From contig JASFLX010000002.1 of NCBI GenBank assembly GCA_050117895.1, forward strand, positions 1-40,548: DNA of 40,548 nt, read 5' to 3'. Position numbers and translations under genes: made by a program. Positions 9,102 through 18,473 of the stretch are shown here, piece by piece. The stretch comes from Desulfobacterales bacterium (GTDB lineage: Bacteria > Desulfobacterota > Desulfobacteria > Desulfobacterales > UBA11574). Within the stretch, counting starts at the first letter, position 1; every line of letters starts with the position of its first letter. The notes beneath the pieces are model-generated. The model was not told where the DNA came from and ran no database searches. It saw only the letters and a program-made list of their open reading frames with translations.

Positions 9102-9256
9102 CCGGCGGCTGCGGGATATGGGGGACCATGTGATAGTTGGGGATTAAACTTTTTGACAATTACGCGATTCTTATTCTAATAAAATCAATATGAGCAGATC
9201 ATGGCGAATTGCGTATGAAGCTGCACTATCCACTTCGTGATCCCGCACAATGATAA

Positions 9257-12200
9257 ATGAAAAATCGTACAAGAGGAAGATGCGCCATGAAATTCAAGAA
9301 CTATATTTATTCAATCGTGATTGTGCTGGTGGCATGGTTTCCCTGCCACGGAGCCGAAGCACCGAAACTCGTGGTCGGGACCGGTAATCCCGGTGGCGTG
9401 AGATCTGTGGCCTACTCACCGGATGGGCGTTTTGCCGTGTCAGGGAGCACCGCCTCGCCGGTGCTGAAATTGTGGGAAATCAGCACTGGCCGGGAAATTC
9501 GCACCTTTAAATCACAATCTTCCGGTCCTGGCGGAATTTATTCCGTGGCTTTTTCGCCGGATGGTCGCTCTATACTCAGCGGGGGCGACTTCCTGGAAAT
9601 GTGGGACATAACAACCGGCAGCAGAATCCGCACCTTTTGCAAAAACAACTGCGAGATGTACAGAATTATGTCCGTGGCCTTTTCCGGGGATGGACAATAT
9701 GTTCTTTCCGGAGCATGGTTTAATACCCTCTATTTATGGAATGCAGAAACTGGCGAGTTCATTCGCGCATTTTCCCACGCTGATCCCGAGAGTTCAAAAG
9801 CTCATTCCGTAAACATCAATTCCGTTGCCTTGTCTTCAGACGGACGATTTGCTGTTTCCGGCGGCGATGATGCCACGATAAAACTGTGGGATGTGGAAAC
9901 AGGAAAACAGCTGCGAACATTGACCGGTCATTCAAAAAGAGTCACCACAGTGGCTTTGTCTCCGGATGACCGATTTCTCCTCTCCGGCGGTAAAAAGAAG
10001 ATTAAGTTATGGGAAGTTGCCACAGGAAAATTAATCCGGACCTTTGGCGGTCTTTTTGCTTCTCAAAATTATGTGGTCACGCTGCAATTTTCTCCTGACG
10101 GCCAATGGGCTCTGTCCACCAACAATAACGGCGAAATGATCTATTGGGATGTTTCCGCCGGTAAAGCGTTGCATGTTTTTAATAAAGGGGAGGAAAAGAA
10201 GAAAGTTGCGGCGTGTGCTATTTTTTCCCCTGACGGAAGATTTGCCCTGCAAGGCCACAAGGGGGTCATGAAACTTTGGGACCTTACCCATTATCGACTG
10301 GTAAAGGAGATGAAAGGACATGCCGACCCCATCCGCGCCTTGACCTTTGCGCCGAAAGACAACATGGTCCTTACCGCGACCAACTACACATTCAAATATT
10401 GGAACTTTCAGACCGGCAGGGAAATCCGATCCTTTCAAGGAGAGGGTTCCGGCCCTGTTTTTATTACCCCGGATGGCAAAAGCCTGTTTTCAGCCACCAG
10501 ACGCCAGACTGCTGTATTACGGGACGGAGCAACCGGCAGGATTCTAAAAGAATTCGATAAAATCTCAGCATATAAGCCGGGTGTCGCCCTTTCTCCGAAT
10601 GGCAGATACGGCCTGTGGTTTCGGGATCGGGAAGCTTTTCTGTGGGACCTTCGGTCAGGAAAAAAGATACATACGCTAAAAGGCCATGATGATCTGGTAA
10701 CCCGGGTGGTCTTTTCGCCGGACAGCGGTTTTGCACTGACCGGCGGCGAGACCGGTACGCTCAACTTATGGGAGGTATCCAGCGGTCGTCATCTCCGCAC
10801 CTTTCTCACCAAAGACCAGGGACCGACCGGCACGGTATTGGCACTGGCCTTTTCACCTGAAGGACGGTATGTTCTATCCGGGACCCTGGATGCAAAAGTC
10901 AGGCTCTGGGAGGTCAACACCGGCAAACTGGTTCGGGTAATGGAAGGAAAAACAGAGTGGTTGGGTGATATTGCCTATTCGCCGGACGGAACCCGGGCCC
11001 TTGCCGGGGGGTCTGGCATGACTATCAAAATGTGGGATTGTGAAACGGGCGGTATTCTTGCCACATTCACGGGCCACTCCAGCGGCGTGTATACCCTGAT
11101 CTTTTCTGCTGACGGCCGCTACGCTCTTTCCGGTGGTAGGGACGGTGTGATAAAACTCTACGATATCAAGAGGAAAAAAGAGCTTGCCAGTAGGGTGCAT
11201 ATTGATGAAAAGGATTGGGTTGTTTATACCCCGGACGGCCGTTTTGACGGCTCACCAGAGGGAATTCGCCATGTCCATTTCGTTCAGGGTCTTGAGACAT
11301 ATCCCCTTGAGGCTTTTTATGAAAAATTCTACACGCCCAATCTCTGGGTCCGCATCTTCGATGAAACGCCATTCCCGGCAACTGAGGTTCACATTGCCCG
11401 GGAAATAACCGCACCACCACGAGTAGAAATTATTTCGCCAAGGTCAGGGACGGTTATGGACTCGGAAAGAGCATCTCTCGAGGTTGCCATAGAAGATCAG
11501 GGAGGTGGAATCGATGAAATCCGCCTCTACCAGAACGGCAAACTGGTGTCGGACTTAACCCGCGGTATACGGATCAAGGAAACGACTGGGCACCAAACCA
11601 CCCATCGCTTCGATATTCTTCTTATTTCCGGTAAGAACGAATTCAAAGTCGTTGCCCTTAACACAAACAGGACCGAATCCAAACCGGCGGTTGTCACTGT
11701 GGCTTTCAAGCGGCGTTCTACTTCTTCCGCTGCCAGTTTATATATCCTTGCCATTGGTATTAACAAATATAAAAACGCTGTCTACGATCTCAACTTCGGG
11801 CGGCCCGACGCGGAGGCATTTACCAGAGCCCTTGAAAACCAGGGTCGCGCTATTTTTGCACAGATCGTCAAGCGGGAAGTCTATGATGAGAAGGCCATAA
11901 AACCGGTCATTGAACAGGAAATAAAACATATCATTGATACGGCCGGGCCGGAAGACGTCTTGGCTTTCTTTTATGCCGGCCATGGTGTGATGAGTTTGGA
12001 CAATGAGGAGAAAGGCTCGGATTTTTATTTGGTTACACACGATGTGACCCAGCTATACGGGAAAAGGGAATTGCTTGAGAGCAAAGGCATCTCGGCGCGT
12101 CAACTCAAGGAATGGCTGAAAAAGATCCCGGCCCAGAAACAGGTGATCATTTTAGACGCCTGTCAAGCCGGAGGAGCGGTGGAAACCTTCGCCTTAAGGG

Positions 12201-12529
12201 GTGCGGCCGAACAGAAGGCCATTGCACAACTGGCAAGGAGTACGGGTACCGTTGTCCTTGCATCCAGCGGATCGGAACAGTATGCCTCCGAGTTGCCGGA
12301 ACTGGGGCACGGCCTCTTTACCTACGCGTTTCTGCAAGCCATTGCGGGTCATGCAGACGGCGGTAAACCGCCGGATGGCAAAATCACGATCAAGGAAATC
12401 GAGGCCTATATCAATGACCGGGTTCCCGAACTGACTCAACGGTTTCGCGGCTCGGCCCAGTATCCCAACAGCTACACCATAGGACATGATTTTCCCTTGG
12501 CAATGAACTTAAAGGATGCTGGTAACTAG
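9257..12529 (+). CDS. Exported WD40-repeat (14 blades) - Ig-like spacer - caspase (peptidase C14) multidomain protein
   Basis: The likely true start is the second Met at 9287, with AGGAAG SD 7 nt upstream. Signal peptide IVIVLVAWFPCHGA/EA. Fourteen repeats end in [LIM]x[LMY]W[DEN]-x-x-[ST]G-x-x-[ILV]-[RH]-[TA]-[FL]. An Ig-like segment spans about residues 720-830. Caspase motifs: YILAIGINKY, LAFFYAGHG (His codon 11981-11983) and VIILDACQAGG (Cys codon 12161-12163). Confidence 0.9.
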   Translation: MKNRTRGRCAMKFKNYIYSIVIVLVAWFPCHGAEAPKLVVGTGNPGGVRSVAYSPDGRFAVSGSTASPVLKLWEISTGREIRTFKSQSSGPGGIYSVAFSPDGRSILSGGDFLEMWDITTGSRIRTFCKNNCEMYRIMSVAFSGDGQYVLSGAWFNTLYLWNAETGEFIRAFSHADPESSKAHSVNINSVALSSDGRFAVSGGDDATIKLWDVETGKQLRTLTGHSKRVTTVALSPDDRFLLSGGKKKIKLWEVATGKLIRTFGGLFASQNYVVTLQFSPDGQWALSTNNNGEMIYWDVSAGKALHVFNKGEEKKKVAACAIFSPDGRFALQGHKGVMKLWDLTHYRLVKEMKGHADPIRALTFAPKDNMVLTATNYTFKYWNFQTGREIRSFQGEGSGPVFITPDGKSLFSATRRQTAVLRDGATGRILKEFDKISAYKPGVALSPNGRYGLWFRDREAFLWDLRSGKKIHTLKGHDDLVTRVVFSPDSGFALTGGETGTLNLWEVSSGRHLRTFLTKDQGPTGTVLALAFSPEGRYVLSGTLDAKVRLWEVNTGKLVRVMEGKTEWLGDIAYSPDGTRALAGGSGMTIKMWDCETGGILATFTGHSSGVYTLIFSADGRYALSGGRDGVIKLYDIKRKKELASRVHIDEKDWVVYTPDGRFDGSPEGIRHVHFVQGLETYPLEAFYEKFYTPNLWVRIFDETPFPATEVHIAREITAPPRVEIISPRSGTVMDSERASLEVAIEDQGGGIDEIRLYQNGKLVSDLTRGIRIKETTGHQTTHRFDILLISGKNEFKVVALNTNRTESKPAVVTVAFKRRSTSSAASLYILAIGINKYKNAVYDLNFGRPDAEAFTRALENQGRAIFAQIVKREVYDEKAIKPVIEQEIKHIIDTAGPEDVLAFFYAGHGVMSLDNEEKGSDFYLVTHDVTQLYGKRELLESKGISARQLKEWLKKIPAQKQVIILDACQAGGAVETFALRGAAEQKAIAQLARSTGTVVLASSGSEQYASELPELGHGLFTYAFLQAIAGHADGGKPPDGKITIKEIEAYINDRVPELTQRFRGSAQYPNSYTIGHDFPLAMNLKDAGN

Positions 12530-12617
12530 CCGTTTAGTCATTTTAGAGAACTCCATTGCGCTTAAAAACCTTTAATTTTCGAAAGGCGAAAACTTAGGTA
12601 CGACAAATTTAAAATTT

Positions 12618-12896
12618 CTACTTTCCTCCTTGAAATATTAAAATCCATAAACCCAGCAAGATGAATAAAGCTCCGGCCCCTCCTTTTATATAGTTTGCCG
12701 GAATTAGCCTACTTACCGCAGATCCAAAGACAACTGCCAGCAAAGAGGTCAATATAAGTGCAAACGCAGAACCTAAAAATACAGCCAGCTTTGATTTGTT
12801 TTCAGCAGCAAAAGCAAAAGTCGCCAGTTGAGTTTTATCGCCTAATTCGGCGAGAAATATCATTCCAAAAGTTGTTAGCATCACCTTGAAATCCAT
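12618..12896 (-). CDS. UPF0016 / GDT1 (TMEM165)-family membrane protein, half-size single-repeat form (about 92 aa)
   Basis: Signature E-x-G-D-K-T motif (FLAELGDKTQLATF) and three hydrophobic segments. I prefer the ATG at 12896 (GGAGGA SD 7 nt upstream) over the TTG at 12920 in the ORF track. Confidence 0.8.
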   Translation of the reverse strand: MDFKVMLTTFGMIFLAELGDKTQLATFAFAAENKSKLAVFLGSAFALILTSLLAVVFGSAVSRLIPANYIKGGAGALFILLGLWILIFQGGK

Positions 12897-13051
12897 ATTT
12901 GATCCTCCGTTTGCAAGCAATTTTATGCAAAATCATTTTTTGTGAAATCAAAAAAGTTATTTAATGAAGTCGCTGTTTTTTAAAATCAAGAAAATGTGTT
13001 AGTTTTGAAATCACAACAGGTTGAAATAAATCCGTATGGTTAATAATTATC

Positions 13052-14983
13052 TCAAATTGCCCGTCCAATATCTTCCCCCTCACTGATCGCGTGCATCAAA
13101 ATACGGGGAGATTTGGCATCACCGATCACGTGAACCGGGATATGGCTATGCTTGAAAAGCTCCGAGGCTTTTCGAATAGGGGTCATTTTCTCCGCGATAA
13201 CCACACTGTCGAATCCTTGGAGTCTGATTTTTTCTCCTCCGGATGTAAAGACCGACCCATCCGGCAAAAATTGCTTGATGGATACATTCTTGTACAGTTT
13301 TACCTTATCCTGTTTCAGCCGCTCTCTAAGGTAGAAACGGTCATTGCTCGACATTTCTTCTGCAAAATGTTTTTTCCGGTTAAGGACCACCACCTCTTTT
13401 TCTTTTTCAGCCAGAAAGTCGGCGAGTACCAGGCCGGCCTGATTACCTCCGATCACGATTACCCGGTTTCCCGTAGCAGTGCTTCCCTCCAGGACATCGG
13501 TAACCGAGCAAAGGGACATTTTTGTCTGAAAAAGTCCCTTGATAATGGGCATTTCCGGAAGACTTCCAGTGGCAAGAATGATGTGGTCCGGGTTGACGGA
13601 TTGGATAAACGATGGGGTCAATGCAACGTTCAGCCGCAAATCCACCCGCAGGCGATCCAGTTCGTTTTTAAAGTACTCCACGATTTCCATGATTTCCGAT
13701 CGACCGGGCGGAATGGCCGCAAGCCTTGCAAGACCGCCCACATGGCCCCTTTCCTCGCAGACCATCACCTCATGGCCTCGGATGGCCGCCATTCTCGCGG
13801 CGGCGAGACCGGCCGGCCCTGCGCCGATAACCAGGATTTTTTTTGACTCAGCGGCCCTGTCCGTTTCTTTGAGCAGATATTCTCTGCCCACATCCGGGTT
13901 GACCACACACGATCCGGGCTCCAATGCCAGTACATTGTGAATACATCCCAAACAGCAGGCGATACAGGGCCTGATCCGGGTAAGGTCTCCGGATTCGGCC
14001 TTGCGGGCGTAATCCGGGTCCGCCAGAAAGGATCGGCCAAATGCCACCATATCCGCTTTTTTCTCGCCGATGATGCGATCGGCCATCTCCGGGCTTTTAA
14101 TGCGTCCAACGGCCACAACCGGAACAGAGACTTGTTTTTTTACAGCGTGCGCCAAATGAATGAAACATCCCTGTTGTGTATACATGGAAGGGATGGTCAG
14201 CTCTGATGAACCGTACACACCCGCGGAAACGTGCAAATAATTCGCGCCTTCCTGTTCCAGGATGACCGCCAGTTGCAAGGCTTCTTCCAGAGTCCAGCCG
14301 TCTTGGACATAATCGCTGCCGTTAATTCGAATACCGACCGGAAAATCGCTGCCCACCTTTTTCTTGATATTCCGAAAAAGCTCGAGAAGAAAGCGGATAC
14401 GGTTTTCAAAAGATCCGCCGTAGTCGTCATTTCGTTGATTGGAATTTTTGGCCAGAAACTGGTTGATGAGATAGCCGTGTGCACCGTGGATTTCCACAAA
14501 ATCAAACCCGGCGGCCTGACATCGTTTGGCCGAATCCCCGAATGCCTCGGCCAGTTCGTGAATTTCGTCAACGGTGAGCTCTTTAGGAACTCCTTTGACG
14601 ACGGCCGCTGCCGGCAGGGGCGACGGCGCGACCTTGTTGTCGTGATAGGACTGCCGGCCGCCGTGCATCAGTTGCATTCCGAATTTAGTGCCAAAAGGAC
14701 GTATGGCTTCCGTCATTTTTTCCAGAGCCCCGATGCAGTCACCATTCCATAGGGTCGGCAGGTGGGGAAGCTCCAGTCCTGTGGGATGCACCGCACCACC
14801 GCCCACCAGCATGGACCCGACCCCGCCTTTGGCCCTTGCAACAAAATATTCGATCAACTGTTCCGTGACATGTCCCTTTGCATCGACACCGAAATTGATG
14901 CTCATTGCCGACATGAGCATTCGGTTTTTTGCGGTCATGGTTCCGATCCGAACCGGTGAAAACAAATGGCTCAATGGAGTCAT
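13052..14983 (-). CDS. Old-Yellow-Enzyme-family NADH:flavin oxidoreductase fused to FAD/NAD(P)-binding domain (2,4-dienoyl-CoA reductase / enoate reductase-like)
   Basis: 643 aa. The N-terminal OYE TIM-barrel shows NRMLMSAM, HGGRQ and EIHGAHGYLINQFL. Cys cluster RPCIACCLGCIHN fits the 4Fe-4S site of FadH-type enzymes. Rossmann motif ILVIGAGPAGLAAA. Confidence 0.9.
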   Translation of the reverse strand: MTPLSHLFSPVRIGTMTAKNRMLMSAMSINFGVDAKGHVTEQLIEYFVARAKGGVGSMLVGGGAVHPTGLELPHLPTLWNGDCIGALEKMTEAIRPFGTKFGMQLMHGGRQSYHDNKVAPSPLPAAAVVKGVPKELTVDEIHELAEAFGDSAKRCQAAGFDFVEIHGAHGYLINQFLAKNSNQRNDDYGGSFENRIRFLLELFRNIKKKVGSDFPVGIRINGSDYVQDGWTLEEALQLAVILEQEGANYLHVSAGVYGSSELTIPSMYTQQGCFIHLAHAVKKQVSVPVVAVGRIKSPEMADRIIGEKKADMVAFGRSFLADPDYARKAESGDLTRIRPCIACCLGCIHNVLALEPGSCVVNPDVGREYLLKETDRAAESKKILVIGAGPAGLAAARMAAIRGHEVMVCEERGHVGGLARLAAIPPGRSEIMEIVEYFKNELDRLRVDLRLNVALTPSFIQSVNPDHIILATGSLPEMPIIKGLFQTKMSLCSVTDVLEGSTATGNRVIVIGGNQAGLVLADFLAEKEKEVVVLNRKKHFAEEMSSNDRFYLRERLKQDKVKLYKNVSIKQFLPDGSVFTSGGEKIRLQGFDSVVIAEKMTPIRKASELFKHSHIPVHVIGDAKSPRILMHAISEGEDIGRAI

Positions 14984-15268
14984 TTTCAGGTTTCCTTTTT
15001 GGTTTCATATATTTTTTAAAATGCACGCGATTTTCGCTCTTGGATCTATAGAGAAATACCGAAGGAGTGTCAATTCAAGGATTGGAATAAAACAATAATT
15101 ATTAATTAAAACGATTGATCCTTAACAAGGATGTTGCTAATTATTCAATATAGCCAGGCCGTTACGCATAGAATTTAAAGGTGCCTTATATCACATTTGT
15201 ATATTGTGCAAATGAACGCCAAGAAAATTTTCATGAAATATTCGGGCTTGTTATCTGGAGCGCGTTGA

Positions 15269-16012
15269 GTGAGAAAGCAATATAAACAGTTGAAATGGAC
15301 ATGCTTATTTATTTTCTGTATGGTTTTGCCGAGCTTATGTAATGCTGATGTCGTATCAAGAGAGTTTGTTGTGCTCTTACATGGACTTGCACGTTCGAAA
15401 AGCACCATGGCAAAGCTCGGACGCAGTCTTTCGGAATCAGGATATGGCGTATTGAATTTAGGTTATCCTTCAAGAGTGCTGACCATTGAAGAAATTTCTG
15501 AAAGATACGTTCCCAAAGCCATTAAGATCTGTCGGCAAAATAATGCAAAAAAAATTCATTTCGTAACGCATTCCATGGGGGGCATAATCGTACGGTATTA
15601 TCTCAAGCATCATTATATGCCTGAGCTTGGCAGGGTTGTCATGCTAAGTCCGCCGAATAAGGGCAGTGAAGTCGTTGACAAATTAAAAAATAATTTCTTT
15701 TTTAAATGGTTGAACGGCCCTGCAGGTCAACAACTGGGTACAGATAGTAACAGTCTACCCAAACAAATTGGAAAGGTAAACTTTGATTTGGGCGTTATTA
15801 CAGGAGACAGATCCATAAACTTTTTGCTATCTTTAATCATTCCGGGTCCGGATGATGGAAAGGTTTCCATTGAAAGTGCAAAAATCGAGGGCATGAAAGA
15901 TTTTATTATCATCCATTCATCACATCCGTTTATCATAAAGAATAAAAACGCAATAATGCAGACAATAGCCTTTATAAAAAACGGCAAATTCATAAAAAAG
16001 TCAAATAACTAA
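15269..16012 (+). CDS. Secreted alpha/beta-hydrolase (esterase/lipase-like)
   Basis: GTG start with SD-like CTGGAG. Signal peptide CLFIFCMVLPSLCNA/DV. HG oxyanion motif VVLLHGL and nucleophile elbow HFVTHSMGG (GxSxG). Confidence 0.75.
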   Translation: MRKQYKQLKWTCLFIFCMVLPSLCNADVVSREFVVLLHGLARSKSTMAKLGRSLSESGYGVLNLGYPSRVLTIEEISERYVPKAIKICRQNNAKKIHFVTHSMGGIIVRYYLKHHYMPELGRVVMLSPPNKGSEVVDKLKNNFFFKWLNGPAGQQLGTDSNSLPKQIGKVNFDLGVITGDRSINFLLSLIIPGPDDGKVSIESAKIEGMKDFIIIHSSHPFIIKNKNAIMQTIAFIKNGKFIKKSNN

Positions 16013-16202
16013 AAAGTACATTCACTCTGACCATCAGTGTGGCGCGGTTTTGGCTGCACTCTTAGTCTTTGTTTCTTGCTTTAGCCTTTTCGGTCGGCTT
16101 CGCCTTCCTGGTGGCAGGTTATGTGCAGTGGTCCGGTTCCTGAAGAAATGGAAATCGTCATTTATGATCATTCTGATCCCGTTATGCGTGGGAGAGTACG
16201 AG

Positions 16203-16385
16203 ATGAAACTTAAGCACAAAAAACTTCTTCTTATCAATATTATGGGTTCGTTTGTTCTGATTTGCTTGCTCATATTCGGCGCTTTGGATATTCCCATAAG
16301 GGGTCAGATTATTTTATGGAACATTGGCATTTTGGTTTTTTTAATTGGTATCGCTGAATTGGCCACTAACTCGAATATTTCATGA
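16203..16385 (+). CDS. Possible small two-TM membrane protein (60 aa)
   Basis: Internal Met of ORF 16050-16385 is preceded by GGGAGAG SD. Two hydrophobic helices follow (MGSFVLICLLIFGAL, WNIGILVFLIGIAEL). I know of no homology. Confidence 0.35.
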   Translation: MKLKHKKLLLINIMGSFVLICLLIFGALDIPIRGQIILWNIGILVFLIGIAELATNSNIS

Positions 16386-16544
16386 AAATTTTCGAGAGAC
16401 CTTTTTGAAGGGCTTGCTCTGGCCGGGTCCATTGGAATATGGGTTTACAACGGATTAGACTTATTTTATACAGATCCTTTGTCAAAAAAAGCCCGTACAG
16501 ACCTTAATCTTGCATGAAAAATAATAGATAAAAAGGGTTGGATA

Positions 16545-18290
16545 ATGACACTAAGTGATTTAATTATCAAATATTTGGAGCAATTTGGTGTGGAATATGT
16601 TTTTAGTGTACCGGGCGGTCCTCTTGGCCCTCTGTATGATGCGCTGACACGCAGCGAAACAAGGGGCGGTCCTCGTTCCATACTCGCTCGTCATGAAGCG
16701 GGCGGGGCTTTTATGGCAGACGGATATGCCCGTGAAACCGGAAAAATTGGTGTGTGCTGTGCAACCACCGGTCCAGGTGCAACCAATCTGATTACCGGCG
16801 TGGCATCAGCGTATACGGATCATATTCCTATGCTGGTGATCACTGCACAAACCCGGTTGCCTGATTTCAGCATGGGCGCTTTTCAGGAATCCTCCGCTGA
16901 TGGTACGGATATACCGGGCATGTTTGAACACTGTACCCGCTATAACTCGATGGTTACCCATGCCGACCAATTGGAGAAGAAACTGGCTGCTGCGTTGACT
17001 ACAGCCTTAAGCCCCCCAAAAGGCCCCGCACATTTAAGTGTGCCGGTTGATCTTTTGCGTTCTGACAAAAGTGGTCCAATCGCTTTTCCGAATTTGCACG
17101 GATTGTTGACCCAACCCGCCTCAGAGGTGGATGTTGCGGTACTGGAAACGCTCTGTCGAGAATTACAACATGTTTTAAACCAAAACCGCCAAGTGGTATT
17201 ATTTATCGGCCATGATTGCGCGGGCGCTGCGCAAGAGATCATTCAATTTGCAGAACTTATCGGCGCAACTATTGTCACCACACAGCGTGGAAAATCTTGG
17301 ATCAATCCCTATCATCCTCTGGCGCGCGGGGTTTTTGGCTTTTCCGGACATAAAACGGCCCGTAAGGCACTGACGGATAAATCCGTGGATCTGATACTGG
17401 CTGTGGGCACCAATCTAAACGAATGGTCAACCAGCGGGTGGGATCCCGTCTTAATGAATGACAAGCTGGTGCATATCCATAATGAAAGGACTTATTTTGG
17501 TCGTTCTCCCATGGCACATCTGCACGTTTATGGAACCATCCGCAAGATATTTAAGGAATTGGTCAAACACTTCGAGACCCTGAAGCGGGAGGGCAAACTA
17601 TCTCTGATCGGTAAGGTTAAAGAAAAAGTTATAACCCCGAAATCAACCTCGGATCATCTGGATAAATCTCCATATGTGCCCCATCACATTGAAGTCCAAG
17701 CACCGGACAGTTGTCGTCGAGAGAACACCTCGGCACCCATAAAGCCACAACGACTGATTTGTGAAATCATACAGCGTTTTCCGCCTGAAACTCGTTTTCT
17801 CATGGATAATAGTAACAGTGTGCCTTGGTCGATCCACTATTTTTTTCATCGACGTCCGGAAAACTATCATTTGTCATTAGGGTTTGCCTCAATGGGTTGG
17901 GCGATCGGCGCGTCCGTCGGAATGGCCTTAGGCAAACCCAATACCCCCGTGGTCTGTTTTACGGGTGACGGCTGCTTTTTGATGAGCGGGCAGGAAATCA
18001 CCATAGCGGTGGAAGAACAGTTGCCGGTTATTTTTGTGGTATTGAATGACCATGCGTATGGATTGATCCGGCACGGACATCGCTTGGCAGGTACGGAACC
18101 TGTTGAGTTCTCGATTCCGCCGGTTGATTTTTGTATGATGGCCAAGGCTACCGGGGCAAATGCTTACAAAATTCGAGATCCCAAAGATTTTGAACACATT
18201 GACTTTCAAGCGTTGTGCGGACGTAATGGCCCAACGTTATTAGATGTTTATATTGATCCGGAGGAAGCGCCGCCGATCGGTATGTTTTAA
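16545..18290 (+). CDS. Thiamine-pyrophosphate-dependent enzyme (acetolactate-synthase large-subunit-like family)
   Basis: 581 aa. N-terminal Pyr domain (YVFSVPGG, HEAGGAFMADGYAR, TTGPGATNL). C-terminal TPP-binding motif GDGCFLMSGQE...VVLNDHAYG. Confidence 0.9.
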   Translation: MTLSDLIIKYLEQFGVEYVFSVPGGPLGPLYDALTRSETRGGPRSILARHEAGGAFMADGYARETGKIGVCCATTGPGATNLITGVASAYTDHIPMLVITAQTRLPDFSMGAFQESSADGTDIPGMFEHCTRYNSMVTHADQLEKKLAAALTTALSPPKGPAHLSVPVDLLRSDKSGPIAFPNLHGLLTQPASEVDVAVLETLCRELQHVLNQNRQVVLFIGHDCAGAAQEIIQFAELIGATIVTTQRGKSWINPYHPLARGVFGFSGHKTARKALTDKSVDLILAVGTNLNEWSTSGWDPVLMNDKLVHIHNERTYFGRSPMAHLHVYGTIRKIFKELVKHFETLKREGKLSLIGKVKEKVITPKSTSDHLDKSPYVPHHIEVQAPDSCRRENTSAPIKPQRLICEIIQRFPPETRFLMDNSNSVPWSIHYFFHRRPENYHLSLGFASMGWAIGASVGMALGKPNTPVVCFTGDGCFLMSGQEITIAVEEQLPVIFVVLNDHAYGLIRHGHRLAGTEPVEFSIPPVDFCMMAKATGANAYKIRDPKDFEHIDFQALCGRNGPTLLDVYIDPEEAPPIGMF

Positions 18291-18473
18291 GAAATGAAAT
18301 ATTGAAATTTACAACTTATAATGCTAAAGGGAACCCCATTCAAATTATAGTGGCAGACCGATGATGGCTTTTCAAGATCCATCGAAATCCGTCTGCCAAT
18401 TCCAAATCAGGAGGTTTTTTGGCAAAAAAATCATAAGTATCCAAACCGTTCTTATTAAAAAGGAGCCGTATAA

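Noticed and set aside
2798-9256. Gasdermin-like, NACHT/STAND ATPase, TIR or CRISPR-associated partner for the caspase genes
   Set aside because: The neighbouring ORFs either have signal peptides and no such motifs, or are identifiable as AhpD-like or YbaK. There is no P-loop NTPase in the 1-12.5 kb region.
9400-11200. Periodic repetition that might suggest a CRISPR array or tandem DNA repeat
   Set aside because: The periodicity is at the protein level (WD40 blades of about 40 aa) with divergent nucleotide sequence. There are no identical direct repeats with unique spacers anywhere in the window.
9512-12487. About fifteen 60-135-aa ORFs on both strands inside the WD40-caspase gene
   Set aside because: All lie within or antisense to a 1090-aa ORF with clear domain structure. 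They are Arg/Pro/Gly-rich, as expected for out-of-frame translation of a GC-richer gene. None has an SD or a recognisable motif.
12897-13051. yybP-ykoY (Mn) riboswitch upstream of the UPF0016 gene
   Set aside because: The reverse-complemented leader is AT-rich with no GGGGAGUAG-like or other conserved yybP-ykoY segments.
13091-15098. Plus-strand ORFs (up to 251 aa) opposite the OYE/dienoyl-CoA-reductase-like gene, plus nested minus-strand ORFs
   Set aside because: The 643-aa minus-strand ORF has complete flavoenzyme motifs. The antisense ORFs are low-complexity and have no motifs, so they are shadow ORFs of a GC-rich gene.
16034-16297. 87-aa minus-strand ORF, and the first 51 codons of ORF 16050-16385
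   Set aside because: There is no SD, the tail is highly basic and low-complexity, and it overlaps the opposite-strand ORF. Only the C-terminal 60-aa two-TM portion has a plausible SD, and even that is low confidence.
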